NCBI GenBank assembly: GCA_030141605.1 | Contig: JAQGDQ010000659.1 | Span: 1-64,000, forward strand | Direction of reading: 5' to 3' | Length of the DNA stretch: 64,000 nt | Source: Tubiluchus corallicola | Taxonomy: Eukaryota > Animalia > Priapulida | Part shown: one piece after another, positions 11,510 to 23,923 of the stretch | Layout: each line of letters starts with the position of its first letter | Numbering within the stretch: the stretch's first letter is position 1 | Notes under the pieces: generated by a model | Told to the model about the DNA's origin: nothing | Database searches by the model: none | Seen by the model: only the letters and a program-made list of their open reading frames with translations | Made by a program: the position numbers and the translations under genes

Positions 11510-11995
11510 GATTTTAGCTTAGAGACATGTAAACCATTAAACCAGTTGAACCAGCAGTGAGTGCGTTAGTTGGTTGCATGACTGAGTGACTGAGTGACTG
11601 ACTGACTGACTGACTGGCTGGCTGGCTTGCTGGCTAACTGACTGACTGACTGACTGACTGACTTCCTGACTCACTGACTGACTGACTGACTGACTGGCTG
11701 GCTGGCTAACTGACTTCCTGACTGACTTCCTGACTGACTGACTGACTGACTGACTGACTGACTGACTGACTGACTGACCGGCTGACTGACTGACTTCCTT
11801 ACACACAAACTCGGCAACACAATCAGAAACATAATTTTAACCAAAGAGAAACCGTTTTTCAGGAAAGGAGCCATTCTTCCTAAGGCAGAGAGCGACTTCT
11901 TCACGGGTCAACTAAGAAACGGTTACGTTAATCCAGCTGTGATAGGAGACAGCACAGGGCATTTTGACCAATCTGGTACTCATGCGCGATACTGA
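11510..11995 (+). CDS. Possible last two coding exons of an unidentified gene
   Basis: CAG|11510-11556|GTGAGT and TTTTTCAG|11863-11995 join in phase to give DFSLETCKPLNQLNQQKGAILPKAESDFFTGQLRNGYVNPAVIGDSTGHFDQSGTHARY*. No homology recognised. Confidence 0.3.
11580..11797. repeat. (GACT)n microsatellite
   Basis: Visible tract. Confidence 0.95.
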
Positions 11996-12044
11996 TGATG
12001 ACAGCAATTTTCTTAGCCAAATACTAATGGTTACAGCAAAAAAT

Positions 12045-12147
12045 ATTGTTCGTGTATTATTGATGATAAGTGTATTTATACGCAAATTTTTTTGCGGGGC
12101 CTTTGCTAGTCTATATATTAATTCTACTGGTATGGGCTTAATATATA

Positions 12148-12190
<43 letters not shown>

Positions 12191-12791
12191 ATTCGAGGCT
12201 ACAGCTCCGACGAGGGCATCATTTGCGGCGATCTATATATCAAACGAAAGGTCTCGATCTAGTGCCATTGGGGGTTTACGTTTCGAATCGGGCCTACTGG
12301 GACGAACGGGGGGGGGCGAAAAACCTCCATGGCCATTTTTCGGCCGTTTTTTGCAAAAGTTATGTCTGAGATCTGAAGAACGGGAAAGGGCCATGGGTGG
12401 TGCTGGCTATGGATAGACAGCCCATTCAGCAGTGGGTGTAGTAGGCATATTTAGAATTTGCGAGAGGGCCACGGCGTCCAGTAAAGGACAATTTCCCGGA
12501 CCCAACTCGCGATTTTTTCGAAATTTTGGTAAAACAGCATCTGGAAAAAACGTTCTGGCGGCGCCTGGCGGGACTCTCGGAAGGAGATATACAGCTCTTT
12601 AGAAAGAGCAAGAACAGGGCTACACGATGATGTGGGCTATATGTTAGGACAGGTCCACCAAGAGGAGTGACGATGAGTTAATTAGATGTTCCATTTTCGG
12701 CAATTTTCGCTTGGAAAGCTGCTGACGCAAAGCCATTGTTCTGACGTCATCCATTATACTCTGTCTATAACCTTATAACTTTAATTCAGTA
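12045..12791 (+). mobile_element. Non-autonomous Helitron: 3' end fragment (to CTAG 12109) followed by a 3'-truncated copy
   Basis: GCGGGGCCTTTGCTAG|TCTATATATTAA junction; the body matches the copies at 17-20 kb. Confidence 0.8.
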
Positions 12792-13539
12792 CTAGCAAAG
12801 GCCCCGCAAAAAATTTTACGTAAATACACGTATAATCAAAAATACGCGAACGTTCTACCTAGTCCTCATTTATAACGCAAAGCCAGCAGCAGCAGCTTTT
12901 ACTGAATTAAAGTTATAAGGTTATAGGCAGAGTGTAATGGATGACGTCAGAACAATGGCTTTGCGTCAGCAGTTTTCTAAGCGAAAATTGCCTAAAATAA
13001 AACATCTAATTAACTCGTCAGTACTCCTTTTTGTGGACGTATTCTAAAATATAGCCCACGCCATCGTATAGCCCTGTTCTTCCTCTTTCTAAAGAGCCAC
13101 ACATCTCCTTTCGAGTCCCACCAGACACCGCTAAAATGTTTTTTCTGCAGGCTGTTTGGTGAAAATTTTGAAAAAATCGCGAGTTGAGTCCGGGGGAAAA
13201 TGCCCGTTACGGGACGCCGTGGTCCTCTCGCAAATTCCAAATATGCCTACTACACCCACCGCTGAACGGGCTATCTATCCATAGCCAGCACCTGTTCCCG
13301 TTCTTCAGATCTCAGACGTATAACTTTTGCAAAAAACGGCCGAAAAATGGCCATTTTCGGAGGTTTTTCGCCCCCATTCCTCGCGGTGGGCCCGATTCGA
13401 AAAATAAACCCCCAATGAGACGACACTAGATCGAGACCTTTCGTTTGATGTATAGATCGCCGCAAAAGGTGCCGTCGTCGAAGCTGTAGCCTCGAATCTT
13501 ATATATATATATAACATACCAGCAGAATTAATATATAGA
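12792..13539 (-). mobile_element. Non-autonomous Helitron, full copy
   Basis: On the - strand it starts TCTATATATTAATTCTG and ends with a hairpin plus GGGCCTTTGCTAG. Confidence 0.85.
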
Positions 13540-14967
13540 CAAGCACATAAATTTCACACACCAATTGCACATACTGGATTTCATGACTCTTGTGCTGCTA
13601 TTAAATGATTAGTTACACCGTATATAGGAAAATTTACAATCTGTTCTGTCTTATCCAGTTTTTCACTAGAGCATTTTAAGGAAAACAAATGACAACAGGC
13701 GGAATTTTGAATGTCAAGAAAATTTGAATCCGATTATATAAATAATCGGTTAAGTAAGAAGCATGATCTAATTGCAGTTATCCTCTAATTCCTACTGAAA
13801 ACACGATGATCAGAGAATATGAGAAAAAAATTAAAGGCAAATCACAACGTTATGACACCCTTAGCTGACACATCATCTCTCTTACGGAATTATGGTTATC
13901 TTTATTATGAAGCGCAGTATACAATTAAGTTGTAATTTATCACTATTACCTATGTGGTTGTTGTGAATTACATATATTTACACAATGCTTTTATCCAAAG
14001 CAGGCTGAACAACTGCTTGTGGTGTACTACCATTTTTGAAATAATTGTACCCTTGTTTGCTATTATAACACTTACATAAAAACGGCCTCCGAAACTAAGT
14101 GAATTATGAAATATGTGCTTTAGATGAAAGAATGCGCATTTCCTGTGGAGAATTTTTTACACTGGGTCCCTAAACCTTTCTGGCGCCCCTCAAAATTTGG
14201 TGCCCTAAACTACAGCCTAGTTTGCCTAAAGATAAATGCGCCCTGTAAACAAGTACCACCCTCTATGATGCTAGCAGGTTAGCTGGGTAACGTCTTATAC
14301 ATGCGCAAGGAAATAGTAAATGGTAAAAGAGTTTAATTATGAATTTGTCCTCACTTTGAAGTTTGTGGTTTCTTAGCCTTGCTACCTGACTCATGTGGCA
14401 GTTCACTAGTTTAAAGTTATGAAAAGAAAAACATTCTTAGAATTTCAATTTTAGAACTTTTGAACAGTTTTTTTTTAATGTTGATTTCGTTTTTCATTTT
14501 TGCCTGTAAACTTTTTTAATTGCATCGAGTTCCTTGTTAAAAATATCGTTCCTTTGAAGTTTTTAATTTTCTTTTCATTTCTGCATTGTGTTTGCTGAAT
14601 TTGTTGTTTGTTACATTCAAATGCATATCTCTTGCACTGAAATGAATTTTTTGGTTGAGGGAGGATGACTAATCATGACCTGCACATGGCTGAGACACCT
14701 CGGCCAGTTTAGTGCCTCACTTTATTGTATTATTATAATGATAATTTGAAAAAAATAATTTGTCTGTATTTAACAATCATACAAATGCATCCAATCAGAC
14801 ATAGAGAAAAACTACAGTATGCGCTTAGAAGAACAGTGCATTAAAAGAGTAAAAATTGGGAGAGTTGAACCCAGCACCTAAATGTTGGATAAGTTGGGTC
14901 AGTGTAAAAATGTAGTGTGTTTCTAAGTATAATATACTCCTACAATATATAAAATAGCAGCACTGTT

Positions 14968-15148
14968 CAAATCACATTAAAAACACCGGTTCTCGTCTGA
15001 TCACCGAAGTTAAGCAACATAGAGCCCGGTTAGCACTTGGACGGGTGATTGCCTAGGAATACCAGGTGCTGTAGGCTTACGGGATGCCACACTGTATCTC
15101 GACACTAGGTGGATTAACTGCACAAGGCAGCCAATGGCTAGAGGGCTA
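14968..15148 (+). mobile_element. 5S rRNA-derived SINE, 3'-truncated copy
   Basis: 5S-like AACACCGGTTCTCGTCTGATCACCGAAGTTAAGC...CCAGGTGCTGTAGGCTT runs into the same body (GGGATGCC-ACACTGTATCTCGACACTAGG) as the 24-kb copy. Confidence 0.85.
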
Positions 15149-15716
15149 CTACACAAACAAAAATGTTTCTGGTAGACAGCTAATGTTTATATTATGCTCA
15201 AAACAGGCATTTTTCCATAAACAAACCTAATTTCAAAGTATTAACTTTTAAATACTGTGATATGTTAGTCAAAAATTTGATGATTCTACACAAAATAATG
15301 CAACGTGTGCAAGTTTGACGATCAACACCAGTGACTCAGGAAAGGCAGTTTCAATTTAAAAGAAGGATACAGAACATTTTACCATCATTTGGAGAAATAT
15401 TTAAAAGCAGCTCAGTACTGGCAGCATTCTTCGTTACTTTGTGGTGAAATATGGATGAAAGTTTGTTGCCTTATTACTAAAGATTCTATGCCAAGTACTG
15501 CTAATTGTGAATTACTATTAAAACTATGTTTGCTCGGTCGTAGTTACTTACAACAAACTAGACAATTCTTTGTGATCTATAAATCTGCTTTTATTCTACA
15601 CGACAAAACTGAAACTGTGAATTAATCTTAGCTTGGTTCAAGTTGAGAAACGTGGCTGGACCATTTCAGAAGAGACAACTTTGAATTTGTTGCTGTTCCA
15701 ATTATTTGTGCCACAG

Positions 15717-16823
15717 ATGAAGTTGCCAATCAAAGTTGGATTTTATCTGATGTCTCTGATCACGGTGTGTAGTGGATCGAGCGCATGTGATGATCTGTCC
15801 TGGCATTGCTATTGCGATGATTGGACAGGCGGTATGCATTGCAATTGGCAAAATTTGTCCCTAACAGACGTACAGAATATTTCAAACACAATACCAAAAG
15901 ATCTCTACTGGCTCACGATTTACAACTATTCAAACAGTGAATTTCCAGACAAATTTTTGGCAGGAAAAGAGTTTGAGATTTTGCGCATAGGTGACTCCAA
16001 GCAGCTGAAACGCATCAATGAAACCAGTATAGCAGCTGACGTCAGGGAATTACACTTGTATAACCTCACTGCTTTAGAGACAATTGACTCAATGGCATTC
16101 CAAGCAATGACAAGACTGCATGTTCTCGATATTTGGGAATGCTCCCAGCTGACATCGATTACTGGGCACTTGTCTTTTACACAAAGTCCAAATCTGACTA
16201 AAATTTACATTGAACAGACATCTATAGAAACAATTAAGGAGCCAAGACTACACAGCAGCGTACTGAATAGCAACAATAATATACGGATTGCCTTGTGGGG
16301 TGAGTTAAATTCAAATTTTTGACTAACAACTTTCAGCAGAGCATGAACCCAGTGTGGTCAATTGAATACATTTATGTGTCATAAGATTTAATGAAAACAG
16401 TGTCCTTATAATAGGTGAGCAAGTTTGTCTTACGTGATGCTTTAGGTAAAACTTCTTTCACTATTCTTATAAGTTTTGTACTTTAATCGTTGTTTTGCTG
16501 TTGTTGTTATCATTGCTGCCATTTTTATAGGAAGTAATTTCACATGCGACTGTGACATCAGTTGGGTTTTCAACAAACCGTGGAGGCTAACATATGATTT
16601 TCAATGCCGACAATCAGAAAATGGAAATTACAAAACAGCTACAAAAGCAGACTTTGACTATTGTTACAATGCAGCAAACCAAACCACTGAACCGTCTACA
16701 ACGAGCTCAACCACTACAACATCAGCTCGCTCTTCAAGTGAGCTGTATGGCACACAATGTAAACTGAATGTAGTCTTTGCATTAGTATTCTTAGTTTTAG
16801 CAAGTCACCTTGTTTATCTGTAA
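15717..16823 (+). CDS. Secreted, probably GPI-anchored leucine-rich-repeat protein (~291 aa, 2 coding exons)
   Basis: Exons 15717-16299 (donor GTGAGT) and 16531-16823 are in phase. The protein has a signal peptide, a Cys-rich N-cap (CDDLSWHCYC..MHC), ~5 LRRs (e.g. LHLYNLTALETIDSMAF), an LRRCT (GSNFTCDCDISW), a Ser/Thr stalk and a terminal hydrophobic tail with no cytoplasmic segment. Confidence 0.85.
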
Positions 16824-17113
16824 AAATGCCAGCAATACAGGAAACCATCATAATTGTTATTAGTGTTCTTTTATCCACTGACCAGTGGCCAACCATAAAT
16901 ACCAGTAACTCTATTGCTAAGTGTGTTGCTATAGACAAGAATAGGTAGAAAAACAATTACACTAGTTAGAGATGTAAGTCTTTGCGAAGCAATAAGATTG
17001 ATCATGTCAGAGATTAGAAAACGAAGAAGTTGAAGTGATGCTAAACTATTCAGGTTGGTAATTGTGTAAAGCAGATAGACGACCATTTTGTATTTATAAC
17101 ATAATAATATCTA

Positions 17114-20100
17114 TCTCTTATATTAATATTCTTGGTATATATATATATATATAAGATTCGAGGCTACAGCCCAGACGACGGCACCATTTGCGGCGATCTA
17201 TATATCAAACGAAAGGTCTCGATCTAGTGTCGTCTCATTGGGGGTTTATTTTTCGAATGGGGCCCACCGGGAGGAACGGGGGGCGAAAAACCTCCAAAAA
17301 TGGCCATTTTTCCGCCGTTTTTTGCAAAAGTTATACGGCTGAGATGTAGAGAACGGGAACAGGCCGAGGGTGGTGCTGGGTATGGATAGATAGCCCTTTC
17401 AGCGGTGGGTGTCATAGGCCTATTTAGAATTCCCGATAGGGCCACGGCGTCCCGCAACGGGCGTTTTCCCGGACCCAACTCGCGATTTTTTCGAAATTTT
17501 GATCAAACAGCCTGCGGGAAAAACGTTCTAGCGGCGCCTGGTGGGACTCTCGGAAGGAGATATATAGCTCTTTACAAAGAAAAAGAACGGGGCTACACGA
17601 TGATGTGGGATATGTGTTAGGGCAGGTCCACCGAGAGGAGTACTGGCGAGTTAATTGGATGTTCTATTTTCGACAATTTTCGCTTAGAAAACTGCTGACG
17701 CAAAGCCATTGTAGTGACGTCATCCATTGCACTCTGCCTATAGCTTTAATTCAGTAAAAGCTACAGGCTTTGCGTTAGTTAAGCAAACAGTAGGCAGGAT
17801 GTTACGGGCTTTGCGTTATAAATGTGGACTAGGTAGGATGTTCGCGTGTTATTGATTATACGTGGTTTTTTACGCAAAATCTTTTGCGGGGCCTTTGCTA
17901 GTCTCTTATATTAATATTCTTGGTATATATATTTATATATAAGATTCGAGGCTACAGCCCGGACGAGGGCACCATTTGCGGCGATCTATATATCAAACGA
18001 AAGGTCTCGATCTAGTGTCTTCTCATTGATGGTTTATTTTTCGAATCGGGCCCACCGGGAGAAAGGGGAGGCGAAAAACCTCCAAAAATGCCCCTTTTTC
18101 GACCGTTTTTTGCAAAAAATTGCAAAAGTTATACGGCTGAGATGTAGAGAACGGGAACGGGCGGAGGGGGGAACTGGGTATGGATAGATAGCCCGTTCAG
18201 CGGTGGGTGTAGTAGGCATATTTAGAATTCCCGAGAGGGCCAGGGCGCCCCGCAACGGGCGTTTTCCCGGACCCAACTCGCGATTTTTTCGAAATTTTGA
18301 CCAAACAGCATGCGGGAAAAACGTTCTAGCGTCGCCCGGTGGGACTCTAGGAAGGAGATATGGGGCTCTTTACAAAGAGGAAGGACAGGGCTACACGATG
18401 ATGTAGGTTATATTTTAGAGCGGGTCCACCCAGAGGAGTATCGACGAGTTAATTAGGTGTTTTATTTTCGACGATTTTCGCTTAGAAAACTGCGACGCAT
18501 TCCATTGTGCTGACGTCATCCATTGTACTCTGTCTATAAGTTTAATTCAGCAAAAAGCTGCTTTGCAACATACAGTAGGCACGAGTAAACGCTGCTGGCT
18601 TTGCGTTATGTAAGTAGGCAGGATGTTACGGGCTTTGTGTTATAAATGAGGACTTGGTAGGACGTTTGCGTATTATTGATTACACGTGTATTTATACGCA
18701 AAATCTTTTGCGGGGCCTTTGCTAGTTCTATTATATTAACATTCTTCGAGGCTACAGCTTCGACGAGGGCACCATTTGCGGCGATTTATACATCAAACGA
18801 AAGGTCTCGATCTAGTGTCGTCTCATTGGGGGTTTATTTTTCGAATTGGGCCCACAGCGAGGAAGGGGAGGCGACAAACCTCCAAAAATGGCCATTTTTC
18901 GGCCGTTTTTTGCAAAAGTTATACGGCTGAGATGTAGAGAACGGGAACGGGCCGAGGGGGGTGCTGGGTATGGATAGATAGCCCGTTCAGCGGTGGGTGT
19001 CATAGGCCTATTTAGAATTCCCAAGAGGGCCACGGGGTCCCGTAACGGGCGTTTTCGCGGACCCAACTCGCGATTTTTTCGAAATTTTGATCAAACAGCC
19101 TGCGGGAAAAACGTTCTAGCGGCGCCTGGTGGGACTCTCGGAAGGAGATATATAGCTCTTTACAAAGAAGAAGAACGGGGCTACACGATGATGTGGGATA
19201 TATGTTAGGGCAGGTCCACCGAGAGGAGTACTGGCGAGTTAATTAGAGGTTCCATTTTCGGCAATTTTCGCTTAGAAAACTGCTGACGCAAAGGCATTGT
19301 TGTGACGTCATCCATTGTATTCTGTCTATAATCTTATAACTTTAATTCAGTAAAAGCTGCTACAGGCTTTGAGTTAGTTAAACAAACTGTAGGCATGATG
19401 TTACGGGCTTTGCGTTATAAATGTGGACTAGGTAGGATGTTCGCGTGTTATTGATTATACGTGGTTTTTTACGCAAAATCTTTTGCGGGGCCTTTGCTAG
19501 TCTATATATTAATATTCTTGGTATATATATATATATATAAGATTCGAGGTTACAGCCCAGACGACGGCACCATTTGCGGCGATCTATATATCAAACGAAA
19601 GGTCTCGATCTAGTGTCGTCTCATTGGGGGTTTATTTTTCGAATGGGGCCCACCGCGAGGAACAGGGGGCGAAAAACCTCCAAAAATGGCCATTTTTCGG
19701 CCGTTTTTTGCAAAAGTTATACGCCTGAGATGTAGAGAACGGGAATGGGCCGAGGGTGGTGCTGGGTATGGATAGATAGCCCGTTCAGCGATGGGTGTCA
19801 TAGGCCTATTTAGAATTCGCGAGAGGGCCACGGCGCCCCGCAACGGGCGTTTTTCCGGACCCAACTCGCGATTTTTTCGAAATTCTGATTAAACAGCATG
19901 CGGAAAAAACGTTCTAGCGGCGCCTGGTGGGACTCTCGGAAGGAGATATATAGCTCTTTACAAAGAGAAAGAACGGGGCTACACGATGATGTGGGCTATA
20001 TTTTAGGGCAGGTCCACCGAGAGGAGTACCGACGAGTTAATTGGATGTTCTATTTTCGACAATTTTCACTCAGAAAACTGCTGACGCAAAGCCATTGTAG

Positions 20101-20292
20101 TGACGTCATCCATTGTACTCTGTCTATAATCTTATAGCTTTAATTCAGCAAAAAGCTGCTACAGGCAAAGTAAACAAACAGTAGGCAGGATGTTACGGGC
20201 TTTGTGTTATAAATGAGTACTAGGTAGAATGTTCGCGTATTATTGATTACACGCGTATTTATACGCAAAATCTTTTGCGGGGCCTTTGCTAG
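17114..20292 (+). mobile_element. Head-to-tail array of four ~780-bp non-autonomous Helitrons
   Basis: Units 17114-17901, 17902-18725, 18727-19500 and 19501-20292. Each starts TC and ends with a CGCAAAA-TC-TTTTGCG hairpin plus GGGCCTTTGCTAG. The array sits between A and T. Confidence 0.88.
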
Positions 20293-22308
20293 TGCCATAA
20301 TAATATAACATGATATACACATTCATTATGTGTGCACAATAGCGAGCATTGCTGTTAGATGTTGCGTTTGTCAGCAGTAATATTATATTGCGAATGAAAT
20401 ATAACAGAGAAAATGATTTGTGGCAGCATTTTCCTCTCCAGATTTCCCCATGTTTGTCAGGATAAATTATTGTTACAATAAATTAATATTTTACAATGTA
20501 AATATAGATTTTGTTTTTTAATCTAACGAGGAGAGTTTGCACAGACTGTGTTTGTTTTAAAATAAATATTTGCTTATATCTTAAAAGCAGTCAACTAGTA
20601 GACATGTTTTAGCCACGAGCATGCAGATGCATATCACACTTAGCTAATCCAAGTTTTCTTAACATGACTCTCAATCGATTAATCAATTTATTTCACTCCA
20701 GCAATACATATACAATACATCAACATGCAATATTATTGAAAAAAAGAAACGGTATAGGTAAAAAAAACGTTGACGAAGTCAAATTAACCAAACAAAAGAG
20801 TTGCTGTATGACACCTTGAAAGCTTGGCTTGTTAAGGTGGCAGAAATGAATGAATGAATGAATGACTAGGGTTAGTAGACATTATGGAATGGAAAAAATA
20901 GTAAGATTAGAGATAGGAAGAAGGAAGGGAGGGGAGAATGAGTGAATGCAAGAATGGTTAGGGTTAGTAGCCATGATGGAATGGGAAAAATAGTAAGATT
21001 AGAGACAGGAAGAAGGAAGGGAAGGGAGGATATATTAACGAAAGAATGGCTAGGGTTAGTAAACATGATGGAATGGAAAAAATAGTAAGATTAGAGATAG
21101 GACGGAAGGAAGGGGAGGAAACGAGAGCAGTGTATGTTTAAATTACATAGAGCTATATTAAAATAGCATATTATAAATAATTATATACTATTTTGATGCA
21201 TTTAATGAGTAACAACTTGAACATAAAACAAAACTTACATGTATGTTAGTTGTTGAAATCATAATAATAAGCTTAGAGAAGGTTAAACTGTTAAGAGTTT
21301 TATTTTGCTGTTATTAAAGCCAGATATATGATTCTTAAGCATGCAGTATAGCTAACTATATATATATATATATATATTCATATATCACACATGAATACAT
21401 ATAAAAAGCTTAAAGACTTGAGTTCACGGTCATTAAAAATCTGGACGGTGTTTATCGATCGAGTTCATGAAAATGATAAGTTGCTTTAACTTTTGAATCG
21501 ATGAATAACTTACATAGCAAACGCTTGTAATGATGATCACGGGTTCAAAAGTTGGCAAGAAAAGAACAATTCTTTGAATGTCTGCTCCTAAAACACATGA
21601 AATGCAGAATTATTTATTTACCTAGCAAAGGCCTCGCAAAATTATATAAATTGAAATCCTGTGACTAGATAAATTAACTTGCATTAGTCAATCAAAGGTT
21701 ACAGAGAACAAAAACAGAAATTGTACTTAGTTGTCTTTAAATTCGTCATTTGATTCCATGGTTTGCTTTTAACACCAGAAATGAATTAGTAATGAAACTA
21801 GATGCCAGTTAGGTGGTTTATTTTCAAAAGGGTTATCTTTGTCTGACCTGTCATCGTCAACTTCTCAACTGTAGTTTATTTCTTATTATTTCTTGATGAC
21901 TGACAATTTCTCATGTCCAAATTTAATATTTTCTTACTGTACAGGTGCATACTTCTTTTGCCTGTAGCATTATCAGCTGCAGACGAGCGTTGTTCCCTTA
22001 CGCTAATTTTTGCTCAATTTTTTTCTCATATTCTCTTATCATCGTGTATTCAGTAGGAATTAGAGGATAACTGCAATTAGATCGTGCTTCTCACTTAGCC
22101 GATTATTTATATAATCGGATTCAAATTTTCTTGACATTCAGAATTTCGCCTGTTGTCATTTCTTTTCCTTAAAATGCTCTAATGAAAAACTGGAAAAGAC
22201 AGAACAGATTATAAATTTTCCTATATACGGTGTAACTAATCATTTAATAGCAGCACAAGAGTCATGAAATCCAGTATGTGCAATTGGTGTGTGAAATTTA
22301 TGTGCTTG

Positions 22309-23059
22309 TCTATATATTAATTCTGCTGGTATGTTATATATATATATATATATAAGATTCGAGGCTACAGCTCCGACGACGCCAAAATTTGCAGCGATCT
22401 ATATATCAAACGAAAGGTCTCAATCTAGTGTCGTGCCATAGGGGGTTTATTTTTCGAATCGGGCCCACCGGGAGTGAAAAACGTCCAAAAATGGCTTTTT
22501 CGGCCGTTTTTTGCAAAAGTTATACGTCTGAGATCTGAAGAACGGGAACGGGTGCTGGCTATGGATAGATTGCCCGTTCAGTGGTGGGTGTAGTAGGCAT
22601 ATTTAGAATTTGCGAGAGGGCCACGGCGTGCCGTAACGGGCGTTTTCCCGGACCCAACTCGCGATTTTTTCGAAATTTTGACCAAACAGCCTGCGGGAAA
22701 AACGTTCTAGCGGCGCCTGGTGTGACTCTCGGAAGGAGATATATGGCTCTTTAAAAAGAGAAAGAACAGGGCTACACGATGATGGTGTGCTATGTTTTAG
22801 GACACTTCCACCAAAAGGAGTATCGACGGGTTAATAAGATGTTCTATTTTAGGCAATTTTCGCTTGGAAAACTACTGACGCAAAGCCATTGTTCTGACGT
22901 CATCCATTATACTCTGCTTATAACCTTACAACTTTAATTAGTAAAAGCTGCTGCTACTGGCTTTGCGTTAGGTAAATAAACGAACACTAGGTAGGGCGTT
23001 CGCGTATTATTGACTATTAGTGCATTTATAAGCAAAATTTTTTGTGGGGCCTTTGCTAG
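22309..23059 (+). mobile_element. Non-autonomous Helitron, full copy, sharing ~290 bp of 5' flank with the 12792-13539 copy
   Basis: TCTATATATTAATTCTG...GGGCCTTTGCTAG; 22016-22308 is the reverse complement of 13540-13832. Confidence 0.85.
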
Positions 23060-23923
23060 TCTGTATATTAATATAATAGTAACTGTGTTATTGTATTATA
23101 GTTAAAATACCACAACTTTATTAAATGATAAGAAAGGGGTACCTGAAGTAGGTTTTGGAAAAAGTGCTTAAAAATTACATTACTTTGTGGGAGTTTTATT
23201 TGTATATCGTACTCGCGTTAAAAGAACTTTTTGTTTGTTTTCATTTAAAATCTCGCGCAATACTATTTCGATCGCGCCGTTACATGACGTCACATACGCA
23301 CAATTCAATCAGGGGAGGAAAAGAAAATGTTAAATTATGTCCCAAAAAACTTTCCATTCAAAATTACATTACTTAGCAGTTCGCTTAGCTGCTTGAAAGA
23401 CTTGTGTAACCATAAAAGAAAATTATTAATTATTTAAAATCATTTCACCAATTGATAAAATATCGTCGATTCGCCTCCAGGGTGCACCCCTCACTACCCA
23501 AAAAACGTATTTTTGATCTCATTAACAAGAAACAGTAATTTAAAATCTTACTCTGTTACTGACATGTGCGCTACAAATGCTCTGATTATTTCTTCAAACT
23601 TTCCACACTATCATAATTGTTTCAAATGACTTTCGGTCGTCGTAGGAGTTTAAATCTATAAGTATGATACAGCGTTACTGCCGACGCAAGTCCTATATGC
23701 AGAAAGACAGTACGTAAGTGACATAAGTTTTCAAGACATTTTTTTAAGCTTTACGTGAGTGGAAGGTTTTCTGGTGCTTTAAGCGAAATGGTAAATTTGA
23801 ACAAGAACTTTAGCTATGAACATGGCAGGGTTTGGCCTAATAGCTTTTCAACTAATGCAAGTGCCTTACTCACACTAGAATAATGTATTATTATTGTCTA
23901 AATATATTAGTTTTTTTTATATA

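Noticed and set aside
14968-15078. Functional 5S rRNA gene (also 24308-24424)
   Set aside because: Altered 5' end, no oligo-T terminator, no tandem array, and fused to a shared SINE body.
17224-20137. Recurrent 70-85-aa ORFs in the Helitron units
   Set aside because: No Rep (HUH) or helicase motifs; frames are not conserved between copies.
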